The position numbers were made by a program, and so were the translations under genes. From NCBI GenBank assembly GCA_044344255.1, contig JBIJDH010000010.1:1-64000 (forward strand): a DNA stretch of 64,000 bases, in the 5' to 3' direction. Of this stretch, positions 20,103 to 29,533 are shown piece after piece; the stretch's first letter is position 1; the number at the start of each line of letters is the position of its first letter. A model generated the notes under the pieces. It was not told the origin of the DNA. It saw nothing but the letters and a program-made list of their open reading frames with translations, and made no database searches. The DNA is from Myxococcota bacterium (lineage in GTDB: Bacteria > Myxococcota_A > UBA796 > UBA2385).

Positions 20103-20908
20103 GGCTGCGTATCGGATCGGCGGCCGAGGGACAGGAAGGCGGTGATGTGATCCAGCACGGCCGGCAGCTCGAGCACTGAGTCAATCAGGTACTGCGCCCC
20201 CGCCGCCCGCAGCCGCCAGTCCGCCTGCGCGCGGTGGGCGACCCGCTGCGGCTCGGTCAAGGCCTGGAGGGCCTCGGCGTCGAGGCCCACCTCGTTGCCG
20301 GTGAGGGTGACCCCCACCGCCCACATGCCGGCCCGCCGTGCCGCCTGCATGTCCACCGGCGTGTCTCCGACGACGACCACGGAGTCGGCCGAAGGGGCGT
20401 GGAGGACGGCGGCGGCGAGCCAGTTCATGTAGGGGGCCGGGCGGCCCTCGGCGACGTCGGAGGCGCAGACGAGCACATCCGGTGTCCAGCCCGCGGCCGA
20501 GATGAGGGGCGCCAGCACGGCCACCATCGGCGCCGTATAGCCCGTGGTCGCGCCGAGCCGGAGGCCACGCGCCCGCAGCGTCCGCATCAGCTCGGGGACC
20601 CCCGGCAAGGGCGCCGAGAAGCGAGGCAGCACCTCGATCTGCAGGGGCTCTGCCTCGGCGTAGAGGGCATCGACATCGGACTCGCTGGGCGGGGCGCCAT
20701 GCGCGGCCACCCAAGCCTGGGCGACCTCGGGGACGCGCGTGAGCCGACGGATGTGCTCGCGCTTCGCCGTCCCCATCGGGCCTCTCGCGATCATCTCGGA
20801 GATCGCGACGCCACGGCGGCGGAAGGCCTCGATGAAGACGCCCACGGGGGCGCGGCAGCCACAGTCGATGGTGGTTCCGGCGAGATCAAAGAGGACGGAG
20901 TGGATCAC
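20099..20908 (-). CDS. phnX: Phosphonoacetaldehyde hydrolase (phosphonatase)
   Basis: HAD motif 'LFDLAGTTID.G..AP', Schiff-base Lys in 'PMGTAKREHIR', 'TTGY', 'GRPAP', 'VGDT..D'; GTG start overlaps the phnW stop. Confidence 0.92.
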   Translation of the reverse strand: MIHSVLFDLAGTTIDCGCRAPVGVFIEAFRRRGVAISEMIARGPMGTAKREHIRRLTRVPEVAQAWVAAHGAPPSESDVDALYAEAEPLQIEVLPRFSAPLPGVPELMRTLRARGLRLGATTGYTAPMVAVLAPLISAAGWTPDVLVCASDVAEGRPAPYMNWLAAAVLHAPSADSVVVVGDTPVDMQAARRAGMWAVGVTLTGNEVGLDAEALQALTEPQRVAHRAQADWRLRAAGAQYLIDSVLELPAVLDHITAFLSLGRRSDTQP

Positions 20909-22032
20909 GGGGTCTCCGGGCCGAGCTGCTGGAGGCCCAATCCTCTCACGACCTCGCCCACGACGGCCACGAAGCGGTCGATGTCCAGGGGGTAGACCTG
21001 CCCGATGCAGCCCACCCGGAAGGTGGGGTTCGCGGTGAGCGAGCCCGGGTAGATGGCGAAACCCTGCTCCCGCAGCGCCTCGTAGAAGAGGGGGAAGCTC
21101 CAGGCTGGGTCCGCCGGCGCGTAGAACGTGACGATGATCGGGGCCTGCCGCTCGTCGGGCAGCAGCGTGACGAAGCCCAGACCGCGCAGGCCCTGCACCA
21201 GCCGACGGAGGTTCTCCCGGTAGCGCGCCCCCCGTGCGGCGACGCCCCCCTCCTCGGCGTGGAGCCGCAGCGCGACGTCGAGGGCCAGGAGGACGTGCGT
21301 GGGCGGCGTGAAGCGGAACTGACCGTCCCGCTCGAGGCGGAGCCACTGGGCGTGGAGATCGAGGGAGACCGAGTGGGCGACCCCGGCGGCGGCGGCGAGC
21401 GCCTCTCGTCGGGCGAGCACGAAGCCGAGGCCGGGGACCCCCTCGAGGCACTTGTTCGAGGAGGCGGCGACCGCGAGGGGCCGCAGGCCGTCCAGCGGCA
21501 GCGCGCCGAAGCTGCTCATGGCATCGACGAGCAAGGCGCGACCGGCGGCCTCGGTGACCGCCGCGAGGGCGCGGAGGGGGGTCTCCTGACCGGTGGTGGT
21601 CTCGCAGTGGACCACGAAGACCGCGCGCAGCGACTCATCCTCGGCGAGCAGCGCGGCCAGCGCGTCGGGGCTCGGGGCGAGGGCCTCGGGGACGACGAGC
21701 CGCCGCACCCGCCGCCCGGCCCGCTCGAGCAGCTCAGCGGCGCGGGCCCCGTAGACCCCGTTCACCACCACCGCGGCGGCGCCGCCCGCAGGGACGAAGG
21801 TGCAGAGCATGGCCTCGACGGCGAAGGTGCCGCTGCCCTGCACCGGCACCGCGGCGTAAGCGCCGGGCTCGGGGGAGAGGGCCTCGAGGGCCGCCCGGAC
21901 CCGGGCGGAGGCGGCGATGAACTCGGGATCGCGCGAGCCGAGGTCGCGGAGCATCGCCGCGCGCACGAGGGGGTGCGTGGAGAGCGGCCCAGGCGTGAGG
22001 AGCAGCGGGGTTTCCCGGAGGGTCGCGCTCAT
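20905..22032 (-). CDS. phnW: 2-aminoethylphosphonate--pyruvate transaminase
   Basis: 'LLLTPGPLST', 'VQGSGTFAVEA', 'HCETTTG', 'DAMSSFG', PLP Lys in 'SSNKCLEGVPG', 'FRFTPPTH'. Confidence 0.95.
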   Translation of the reverse strand: MSATLRETPLLLTPGPLSTHPLVRAAMLRDLGSRDPEFIAASARVRAALEALSPEPGAYAAVPVQGSGTFAVEAMLCTFVPAGGAAAVVVNGVYGARAAELLERAGRRVRRLVVPEALAPSPDALAALLAEDESLRAVFVVHCETTTGQETPLRALAAVTEAAGRALLVDAMSSFGALPLDGLRPLAVAASSNKCLEGVPGLGFVLARREALAAAAGVAHSVSLDLHAQWLRLERDGQFRFTPPTHVLLALDVALRLHAEEGGVAARGARYRENLRRLVQGLRGLGFVTLLPDERQAPIIVTFYAPADPAWSFPLFYEALREQGFAIYPGSLTANPTFRVGCIGQVYPLDIDRFVAVVGEVVRGLGLQQLGPETP

Positions 22033-23075
22033 GGGTGGGCCCCCGCGACGGTCGGGTCTGCGCCCTCTTGGACCCAGGCGTGGCTCAGTCGGAGCGCCGG
22101 CCCCGTGGCCTCTCCTCCATCGACCAGCAGGGACCGGTCGCCCACCCGAACGTGGTGTCGCACGAAGGCCCCCCGATAGACTGAGCGCTCCACCACACAG
22201 GGGACGCCCTCGGCGGCGAAGCTGGCCTGCTCAGGGCGGAAGCCGATCTCGACGGGGCCATCCGGCCCCGCCGAGGCGAAGCCCCCGGGCTCCACCCACC
22301 CGTTCTTCCGGGCCGCTGGCAGCGTGTTGAGGTTGCCGACGAAGCCGGCGACGAAGCGGTTTCGCGGGCGGAGATAGACCTCGCGGGGCGTGCCGAGCTG
22401 CTGGATGACCCCCTCCGCCAGCACGGCCACGCGGTCACACATCGACAGGGCCTCCTCCTGATCGTGCGTGACGAGCAGCACGGTGAGCCCGGCCTCTCGC
22501 GCGAGCACCGCCACCTGGTCGCGGAGCTCCTCGCGCAGCCCTGCGTCGAGGTTGGACAGGGGCTCGTCGAGGAGCAGCACCTTCGGCTGCAGCGCGAGCG
22601 CGCGTGCGATCGCCACCCGCTGCTGCTGGCCGCCCGACAGGGTCGAGGGCCAGCGATCGACGAAGGCGCCGAGCCGCACGCGCTCGAGGGCCCGCCTCGC
22701 CAGCTTGTCGGCGTCGGGCTCCCTCCGCAGGCGGAGCGGCCAGGCGACGTTGTCGAGCACGGTCATGTGGGGCCAGACCGCATAGCTCTGGAACACCATC
22801 CCGAGGCCGCGCCGCTCTGGGGGCACCGACAGGCCGGGGCTGGCGACGAGCTGACCATCGACGCGCACCTCGCCCGCGTCCGGGGTCTCGAGCCCAGCGA
22901 CGATGCGCAGCGCCGTCGTCTTCCCGCAGCCGCTCGGTCCGAGCAGCGCGAGCAGCTCACCCTGGGCCACCTCGAGGGTGAGGTCGCGCAAGATGGGCCT
23001 CCCCCACGACTTGGAGACCCCGCGGAGCGTCACCCCCGCGCTCGCCCCTGTCCCCGTCGCGCCGTTCAGCCCCAC
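22029..23075 (-). CDS. ABC transporter ATP-binding subunit (PhnT/FbpC/PotA type)
   Basis: Walker A GPSGCGKT, 'GMVFQSYAVWPH', LSGGQQQ, LLLDEP. Confidence 0.92.
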   Translation of the reverse strand: MGLNGATGTGASAGVTLRGVSKSWGRPILRDLTLEVAQGELLALLGPSGCGKTTALRIVAGLETPDAGEVRVDGQLVASPGLSVPPERRGLGMVFQSYAVWPHMTVLDNVAWPLRLRREPDADKLARRALERVRLGAFVDRWPSTLSGGQQQRVAIARALALQPKVLLLDEPLSNLDAGLREELRDQVAVLAREAGLTVLLVTHDQEEALSMCDRVAVLAEGVIQQLGTPREVYLRPRNRFVAGFVGNLNTLPAARKNGWVEPGGFASAGPDGPVEIGFRPEQASFAAEGVPCVVERSVYRGAFVRHHVRVGDRSLLVDGGEATGPALRLSHAWVQEGADPTVAGAHP

Positions 23076-24667
23076 TGCCGCCTCCGATGGGCCGCCCGTC
23101 CGCCGAGCAGCACCGCGAACACCACCACCATCGCCACCACCGCCGCCTGCTGGGGTGACCCATATGAGAGGAGCTCGAAGAGCCGCGTGCCCAGCACCTC
23201 CGTGGAGGGGCCGCGCAGCAGGACCGACATCGAGACCTCACAGAACGAGCTCGCGAAGACGAGCGACCAGCCAGCGATGAGGTTCGGCCCGAGCAGCGGC
23301 AGGGTGACCCGCCGCATCGTGGTGGCCCAGCTCGCCCCGGAGACCCGCGCCGCCTCTTCGACGCTCTTGTCCATGGTCCGCACCGCCGCCCGCACGCCGT
23401 CGAGCGGGAGGGCGAGGGACTTGGCCGCATACGCGAGACCGAGCAGCCAGGGCGTGTTGGAGAGCGCCATCACGAAGGTCACCCGCTCGGCAAAGATGAG
23501 CCGGATCTCTTGGGAGAAGGCGAGGATCATCCCGAGCGCGAACACGCTCCCCGGCACCGCCCACGGAGCGCGCGCGAGGCCCACCAGCACAGCGACGGGG
23601 CGGCCCCCCTCGCGCACCGAGGCGTGACCCAGCAGCGCGCCGATCGCGGTGGCCGCGGTGGCCGCGCCGCCGGCGAGCAGGGCCGAGCGGACGATCGCCC
23701 CCCGCGAGCGCGACTCACTCAGGACCGCGATCCAGTGGTCGAGCGTGAGCGCGTCGAAGTGCCCGAAGGTGGGCGCGAGGCTGGTGAGCGCGATGGTGCC
23801 CACCGGCAGGATCACCGAGACGAAGAGCCAGGCCCAGACGATGAGCGCCAGCGGCCCGGCGGGCGGGCGAGGCGCCGGGCGGGCGAGGCGCGCCGTGTGA
23901 TAGGCCCGCGAGCCCTCGAGCAGGCGAAAGAGGGCCGGCAGGGCCACACCGACGACGAGGAGGAGCAGCGCCAGCGCGGCGGCCAGGGGGCGCCCCTCGA
24001 CGGGCTGGAGCTCGAGGGCCCGATAGATGCGCATCGTGAGCACCGGCACGGCCGGATCAGCGGCGGCGCCGAGCAGATAGGGCACTCCGAAGGAGGCGGC
24101 GGCGGCGCTCACGACAAAGGAGACCGCCACGCCGATCGCCGGCAGGGCCAAGGGGAGGCTCACGTGAAGGAGCGTGTCGCGGGCGCTCGCCCCCGAGACG
24201 CGCGCGGCCTCCTCCAGCGCCGGGTCTATCCGACCGAGGGCGTCTCGCGTGGCGATGGCGATCACCGGAGAGAGGTAGAGCCCGAGCACCCAGACCATCC
24301 CCGAAAGGCCATAGATGTCAATCGGGAACAGACGATTGAGCAGCCCGTTGGTGGGGTTGGCGAGCAGGATCCAAGCGATGGTCGTCACATAGGGAGGAAC
24401 CGCATAGGGGAGCATCAACGCCGACTCGAGCGCGCCGCCGAGCGTCCTTCGCGCCGCCACCCAGCCCACCGGCACGCCCGTGAGGAGGGCCAAGAGCGCC
24501 GTCCCGCCCGCGAGGAGGAGCGTGTTGACGAGCGCCTCCCCCTCCTGAACCGCCGCGGCGAAGCTCCCGGCGCCGAGCCCGAGGAGCCCCAAGGGGAGCG
24601 CGATGAAGAGCGCGAGCAGCAGCCCGATCCCGACGAGGCCTGCGATGAAGGCGGGGCTCCGGTTCAC
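23066..24667 (-). CDS. ABC transporter permease, fused double domain (FbpB/PhnU-V type)
   Basis: Two 'EEAARVSGAS' EAA loops; about 12 TM. Confidence 0.9.
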   Translation of the reverse strand: MNRSPAFIAGLVGIGLLLALFIALPLGLLGLGAGSFAAAVQEGEALVNTLLLAGGTALLALLTGVPVGWVAARRTLGGALESALMLPYAVPPYVTTIAWILLANPTNGLLNRLFPIDIYGLSGMVWVLGLYLSPVIAIATRDALGRIDPALEEAARVSGASARDTLLHVSLPLALPAIGVAVSFVVSAAAASFGVPYLLGAAADPAVPVLTMRIYRALELQPVEGRPLAAALALLLLVVGVALPALFRLLEGSRAYHTARLARPAPRPPAGPLALIVWAWLFVSVILPVGTIALTSLAPTFGHFDALTLDHWIAVLSESRSRGAIVRSALLAGGAATAATAIGALLGHASVREGGRPVAVLVGLARAPWAVPGSVFALGMILAFSQEIRLIFAERVTFVMALSNTPWLLGLAYAAKSLALPLDGVRAAVRTMDKSVEEAARVSGASWATTMRRVTLPLLGPNLIAGWSLVFASSFCEVSMSVLLRGPSTEVLGTRLFELLSYGSPQQAAVVAMVVVFAVLLGGRAAHRRRQWG

Positions 24668-25647
24668 TTCCCGAGGGCCTCGAGGCGAGCGCGGAGCGCA
24701 GGAGCCCGAGTGGCCACTTGCTCCGTGAAGTCATCGGGGAGGGCCATGATGTGGATCTGGTCGAGCGGGGGCGCCCCGGCGGGCGGCGGCGCGCCGGGGA
24801 AGGGCGAGTGCATCCGGTTCTGGATCACCAACGCCTCGGCGGTCTCTCCCATCAGCCAGTCGACCACCCGCTCGGCCGCCGCGGGCTCGGGGCAGTCGGT
24901 GGGGATCGCCAGGGGGCCCGGGATGGGCACCGCGCCGTCGTCGGGGAAGATCACGCGCACGCCGTCCGGCTTGGTGAGCAGGTTGTTGAGCAGCACCACG
25001 CCGATCGGCTTCTCCCCGCTCTCGATGCGCCCGAGCACCGCCGAGTTCCCGCCCGACCGCACCCAGCCGTTCGCCTGGAGCTCCGTGAGGAAGCCCTCGC
25101 CGTACACCTGATCCCAGGCGGAGACGGTGGTGAAGGCGGTGCCGGAGGAGAAGGGATCCCCGCTCGAGAAGGTCCCCTTCCACTTCGGGTCCTTCAGCTC
25201 GGCGAAGGTGGTGGGCGCGGGGCCCTCCTTCGGGGCGCCGATCACCATCAGGTCGACCCGGTGGGCGGCGTAGGTGGGGGTGACCCAGGCGCGGGGGAGA
25301 TCGAGGGCCCGCGGCGAGATGTAGGGCAGCAGGAGGCCGCGACGCGTGAGGTCGACGTACCAGGAGGGGTCCGAGGTCGCGAGGATGCAGGCCGGGCTCC
25401 GGCCGGCAGAGTGCTCCGCCTCCCAACGCTGGGCGACCTTCTCCGAGCCACCCTGGAACCACTGGACGTCGATGTCCGGCAGGTCCTTTGCGACCGCCGC
25501 CGCGAACTGATCAACCTGATCCTGGTAGATCGCGGTGTATACCCAGACGGCGGGCCGCTCCTCGGCTCCCCCCGCGGAGGCGCGCTCCGAGGGGGCACCG
25601 AGCTCAATCCGACAGGCGATCCAGAGGAGGATGAACATGGCGGCCAC
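24664..25647 (-). CDS. ABC substrate-binding protein (AfuA/PhnS type), probably for aminoalkylphosphonate
   Basis: Lipoprotein-like start (probably ATG 25638, 'MFILLWIAC'); 'VWVYT', 'DP.SSGTA', 'IFPDDGAV'; first gene of the phnW/phnX operon. Confidence 0.85.
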   Translation of the reverse strand: MAAMFILLWIACRIELGAPSERASAGGAEERPAVWVYTAIYQDQVDQFAAAVAKDLPDIDVQWFQGGSEKVAQRWEAEHSAGRSPACILATSDPSWYVDLTRRGLLLPYISPRALDLPRAWVTPTYAAHRVDLMVIGAPKEGPAPTTFAELKDPKWKGTFSSGDPFSSGTAFTTVSAWDQVYGEGFLTELQANGWVRSGGNSAVLGRIESGEKPIGVVLLNNLLTKPDGVRVIFPDDGAVPIPGPLAIPTDCPEPAAAERVVDWLMGETAEALVIQNRMHSPFPGAPPPAGAPPLDQIHIMALPDDFTEQVATRAPALRARLEALGK

Positions 25648-25775
25648 CCTATGTTGCCCCCCGGACAGGCCTGCGGCGTCTGTGTGACGGGACGGAGGCG
25701 AGCCGCAGGTCGCCCGCCATCGGCGGCAGCTGATCGCGGGTTAGTCGGGTGCCCCGCCTGCTGCCCGAGGCTCCG

Positions 25776-26882
25776 ATGCGCGCGCCCTCCACCCCACCCC
25801 CGACCTCCCCCTCCGCCGGGGCGCTGCTCCTCCCCCTCCTGCTCGCCTGCGCGGGCGGGCCGACCCCAGCGGCGAAGCCGGGCGCCGCGCCGCCCGCCCC
25901 CGACGCGGCGCCGACCCAGCCCGCCCCCGCCGCCGCCGGTGACCCTCTGCGCATCGGCTGGCAGACCACCTGGGCCACCCAGGGGCAGCTCGCCGCGGTG
26001 CTGCAGCACACCGACATCCTCGCCCGCCACGGCTTTCAGGCGACCTTCACCGGCTTCTCCTACGGCGGCCCGCTCAACGAGGGGGCGCTCGGCGGCAACA
26101 TCGACGTCGGCTTCACCGCCGACCAGCCCGCCCTCTCGCTCGCCGCTGCCGCCCCCCGCTTCGGCGTCATCGGCCGCCTGATGTACAACCGGGTCGGGCT
26201 GCTCGTCCCCCTCGACTCCCCGGTGAAGACCGCCGCCGACCTCCGCGGAAAGACCGTCGTTCTGCCCTTCGGCGCCGCCGCGCACCGCGAGGCCCTGTTC
26301 GCGCTCGAGGCGGCCGGCCTCGACCCCAAGGCCGACCTCTCGCTCCAGAACCTCGCCCTCGAGGAGATCGTCGCCCTGGCGGGCGCCGGCGCCCAGGCGG
26401 GCCGCTGGGGCGCCATCGACGCCGCCGGCGCCTGGGACCCCGCCTACGGCAACCTCCAGGTGGAGGGCAAGGCGCGCAGCGTCCATGAGGCCACCGTGAC
26501 CAGCGTGGTCTTCATGAACCGCGACTACGCCACCGCCCACCCCGGCGCCGAGGACCGCCTCCTCGCCTCGCTCGAGGAGGCCTGGGGGGTCGTACGCGCG
26601 CGCCGCGCCGAGGCCGACGCGTGGTTCAGCGAGGCCGCCGGCGTGAAGTTCAACCAGGCCGTGCTCGACGACGCCGCGGCGGTGGAGCCCAACATGCGGG
26701 CGGGTGAGCCCGTCCGTGTGCGTCTGAACGAGGATGACGTCCGAAACATCGAGAAGGCCGCCACCTTCATGGCCGGCGCCGGCCTCCTCAAGGCGCCCAT
26801 CGACGTCTCCCAGGTCATTCGCCCCGGCGCACGGGAGGCCATCCCCGCCCCGTCCGCGCCGCTGCCCGCCGCCCCCAAGTAG
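25776..26882 (+). CDS. ABC substrate-binding lipoprotein (SsuA/TauA/NrtA type)
   Basis: Lipobox 'LLLAC'; 'FSYGGPLNEG..GG.IDVG', 'SPVKT.ADLRGKTV', 'IDAAGAWDP'. Confidence 0.85.
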   Translation: MRAPSTPPPTSPSAGALLLPLLLACAGGPTPAAKPGAAPPAPDAAPTQPAPAAAGDPLRIGWQTTWATQGQLAAVLQHTDILARHGFQATFTGFSYGGPLNEGALGGNIDVGFTADQPALSLAAAAPRFGVIGRLMYNRVGLLVPLDSPVKTAADLRGKTVVLPFGAAAHREALFALEAAGLDPKADLSLQNLALEEIVALAGAGAQAGRWGAIDAAGAWDPAYGNLQVEGKARSVHEATVTSVVFMNRDYATAHPGAEDRLLASLEEAWGVVRARRAEADAWFSEAAGVKFNQAVLDDAAAVEPNMRAGEPVRVRLNEDDVRNIEKAATFMAGAGLLKAPIDVSQVIRPGAREAIPAPSAPLPAAPK

Positions 26883-27610
26883 TGCGCGCGCTCCTCGCCA
26901 TCGGCCTGGGCCTCGGCCTCTGGTCCCTGGCCGCGATGTGGGCCGACGCTGCGACCCTGCCTGGCCCGCTGGCGGTGGCCGCCGCCCTGCTCGAGGCCTT
27001 GACCAGCGGGAGCCTGTTCGCCGACCTCGGCGCCTCGCTCCGCCGTGTGCTCACGGGCTACGCCGTCGCCGCCATCCTCGGCCTCTCGCTCGGCGCCCTC
27101 TCCGCCCTGAGCGGCACCCTCGGCGCCGCGCTGCGAGACATCGGCAACACGCTCCGCCCCATCCCGCCCATCGCCTGGGTGCCGCTGGCGCTCCTCTGGT
27201 TCGGCCTCGGCGACCCGAGCGCCACCTTCATCGTGTTCATCGGCTCCTTCTTCCCTATCTTCTCGAGCGTGTCCTGGGCGCTGTCTTCGACCCCGGCGGC
27301 CTATCTCGAGCTCTCTCGCGCCCTTGGGGTGGGCCCCGGCCTCCGACTGTGGCGGGTTCAGCTCCCCGCCGCCGCGCCCGCCATCGGCGCAGGGCTCCGC
27401 ACGGGCCTCGGCCTCGCCTGGACCAGCGTCATCGCCGCGGAGCTCGTGGGGGCGCAAGCGGGGCTCGGCTATCGGATCCAGCTCTATCGGCTCCTCCTCC
27501 AGCCAGAGGGAGTCATCGCCTGCATGGTCACCATCGGCCTCGTGGGCCTGTCGATGGACCGACTATTGCACGCCCTCCTCCGGCGGCTGGTCGACTGGGA
27601 GGCCGCATGA
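26882..27610 (+). CDS. ABC permease (SsuC/TauC type)
   Basis: 'SLRRVL.G', 'LRPIPPIAWVPLALLWFGLG', 'AWTSVIAAEL.GA..GLG'. Confidence 0.9.
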   Translation: MRALLAIGLGLGLWSLAAMWADAATLPGPLAVAAALLEALTSGSLFADLGASLRRVLTGYAVAAILGLSLGALSALSGTLGAALRDIGNTLRPIPPIAWVPLALLWFGLGDPSATFIVFIGSFFPIFSSVSWALSSTPAAYLELSRALGVGPGLRLWRVQLPAAAPAIGAGLRTGLGLAWTSVIAAELVGAQAGLGYRIQLYRLLLQPEGVIACMVTIGLVGLSMDRLLHALLRRLVDWEAA

Positions 27611-28254
27611 TCCGCGCCGCAGGTCTGTCCTTCACCTTTGGCGGTCGCCCCCTCTTCGACGGGCTCGACCTCGACGTCAACCCGGGAGAGACCCTCTGCC
27701 TCGTCGGCCGGACCGGCACCGGAAAGTCCACCCTGTTGCGCCTGCTCGCCGGGCTCCTCCCGCCGACGGCGGGGACCATCCAGGTGCCCGACCGTCTCTC
27801 CCTGGTCTTTCAGGACCCGCGCCTCCTGCCGTGGATGACCGTCGCCGAGAACCTCTCCTTCGCCCTCGAAGCGAAGGGCGTCCCTCCACGGGAGCGCCCC
27901 GCCCGCGTCGCCCGCGCGATCGCCCGCGTCAGCCTCGAGGCGGCGAGTGACCTCCGCCCCGCGGCCCTCTCCGGCGGGATGGCCCAGCGCGCCGCCCTCG
28001 CCCGCGGCCTCGTGGTCGAGCCCGCCGCCCTCCTGCTCGACGAGCCCTTCGCCGCCGTAGACCCCCTGACCCGAGAGTCGCTGCAGGCCGAGCTCCGCCG
28101 CCTCATCGATGACAGCAGCATCACCGCCGTCCTCGTCACCCACGACGTCCGCGAAGCCCTCCTCCTCGGTGACCGGGTGGGCGTGCTCCGAGGCTCCCCA
28201 GCGCGCCTCTCCTTCCCCGGCACCGACGAAGCGGCGATCCGCGCGGCGCTGTGA
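27607..28254 (+). CDS. ABC ATP-binding subunit (SsuB/TauB type)
   Basis: ATGA overlap with the permease; GRTGTGKS, 'VFQDPRLLPW', LSGGMAQR, LLLDEPF. Confidence 0.9.
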   Translation: MIRAAGLSFTFGGRPLFDGLDLDVNPGETLCLVGRTGTGKSTLLRLLAGLLPPTAGTIQVPDRLSLVFQDPRLLPWMTVAENLSFALEAKGVPPRERPARVARAIARVSLEAASDLRPAALSGGMAQRAALARGLVVEPAALLLDEPFAAVDPLTRESLQAELRRLIDDSSITAVLVTHDVREALLLGDRVGVLRGSPARLSFPGTDEAAIRAAL

Positions 28255-28286
28255 ACGAGGACGTCAACGGCGACGGCGTCACCGCC

Positions 28287-29516
28287 TCACTCGGTGCGCA
28301 GCGCCTCCACGGGGTCGAGCTTCGAGGCCCGCCAGGCCGGATAGAGGCCGAAGATGAGGCCGATGAACACCGAGAAGCTGATCGAGAGGCCGACCGACCA
28401 GCCCTCGACGTGGAAGGGCCACTCGGTCACCCACTGGTTGAGGGCGGCGGTGCCCGCGCCCAGCAACATCAGGGCGACGCCGAGGCCGATGATGGCGCCG
28501 AGGACCGTCACCGCCAACGTCTCGGAGACGAACTGCCGGAGGATGTCGCGCTGGCTCGCGCCGATGGCCCGGCGGACCCCGATCTCCTTCGTCCGCTCGG
28601 CCACCGTCACCAGCATGATGTTCATGATGTTGATGCCGCCGACGATCATGCTGAAGAGGGTCGTGAGGTAGAGCAGCGCCCGGATGGTGAGCATGATGAG
28701 CTCTTCGGTGCTCTGTCCATCGGAGACGCCCTCGAAGTCCCAGGTCTTGGAGGAGCGCTGACGATAGAGGATCGCGTCGATCACCTTGCGGGTGCCAAAG
28801 ACATAGTCCTTCATCAGCCCCGAATAGCCCTCGGGCACCGCCACCTTGAGCACGATGCTGCTCGGGCGGCGACTGGGGTCGAGCTCGATGCGATAGACAC
28901 GGGCCGGCATCAAGAGGCGGTTGTTCCAACCCCACCGACCGCCGGGGCCCATCTCGGGCTTCTCTTCGAGCACGCCCACGAGCGTGTACGGCGTGCCCTC
29001 CACCCGCACCACGTCGCCGGGCTTCAGCTTGCCGTCCAGCACCTTGGCGCCGGCGATGGCGACGTGCTCCACGCCCTCGTACTCCGCGGTCACGAAGCTC
29101 CGGCCCTTCGCCACCTTGAGTTGATAGACATCGATCGCCGTGGGCTCGATGCCCATGGTGAGCGGCTGGAACTCTTCCCCGTTGAAGGTGGCGCTCCGAT
29201 CGCGGAGCCCGTACGCGCCGGTGACCTTGGTTCCCTCGGAGATCAGCTCCGAGGTCTCGATCGCCTCCTGGTCGGCCGCGGTCAAGAGCTTCGCGTCCGA
29301 CAGGTTCATGATCTTCTGCCAGTCATTCGATACGGTGATCACGTCATCACCGGTCGCCTCGGCGCTGCTCTTTCGGAGGATCTCCTGGCCCACCTCGAGC
29401 AAGCTCGCCAGCACCACGAGGCTGGCCACGCCCACCACGATGCCCGACACCGTGAGCATGAAGCGCATCTTCTGCGTACGGAAGAGGTCAAAGGCGGTTC
29501 GGACGGCGTCCATCAT
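28287..29516 (-). CDS. MacB/FtsX-like ABC permease
   Basis: 'GGINIMNIMLVTVAERTKEIGVRRAIGA', 'FGLYPAWRASKLDPVEALR'. Confidence 0.92.
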   Translation of the reverse strand: MMDAVRTAFDLFRTQKMRFMLTVSGIVVGVASLVVLASLLEVGQEILRKSSAEATGDDVITVSNDWQKIMNLSDAKLLTAADQEAIETSELISEGTKVTGAYGLRDRSATFNGEEFQPLTMGIEPTAIDVYQLKVAKGRSFVTAEYEGVEHVAIAGAKVLDGKLKPGDVVRVEGTPYTLVGVLEEKPEMGPGGRWGWNNRLLMPARVYRIELDPSRRPSSIVLKVAVPEGYSGLMKDYVFGTRKVIDAILYRQRSSKTWDFEGVSDGQSTEELIMLTIRALLYLTTLFSMIVGGINIMNIMLVTVAERTKEIGVRRAIGASQRDILRQFVSETLAVTVLGAIIGLGVALMLLGAGTAALNQWVTEWPFHVEGWSVGLSISFSVFIGLIFGLYPAWRASKLDPVEALRTE

Positions 29517-29533
29517 GGCTCAATTCCCACAGC

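Noticed and set aside
28251..28290. 'NEDVNGDGVT' EF-hand/FG-GAP-like snippet at the start of ORF 28251-29654
   Set aside because: Too short, and the rest of the ORF is antisense to a MacB permease
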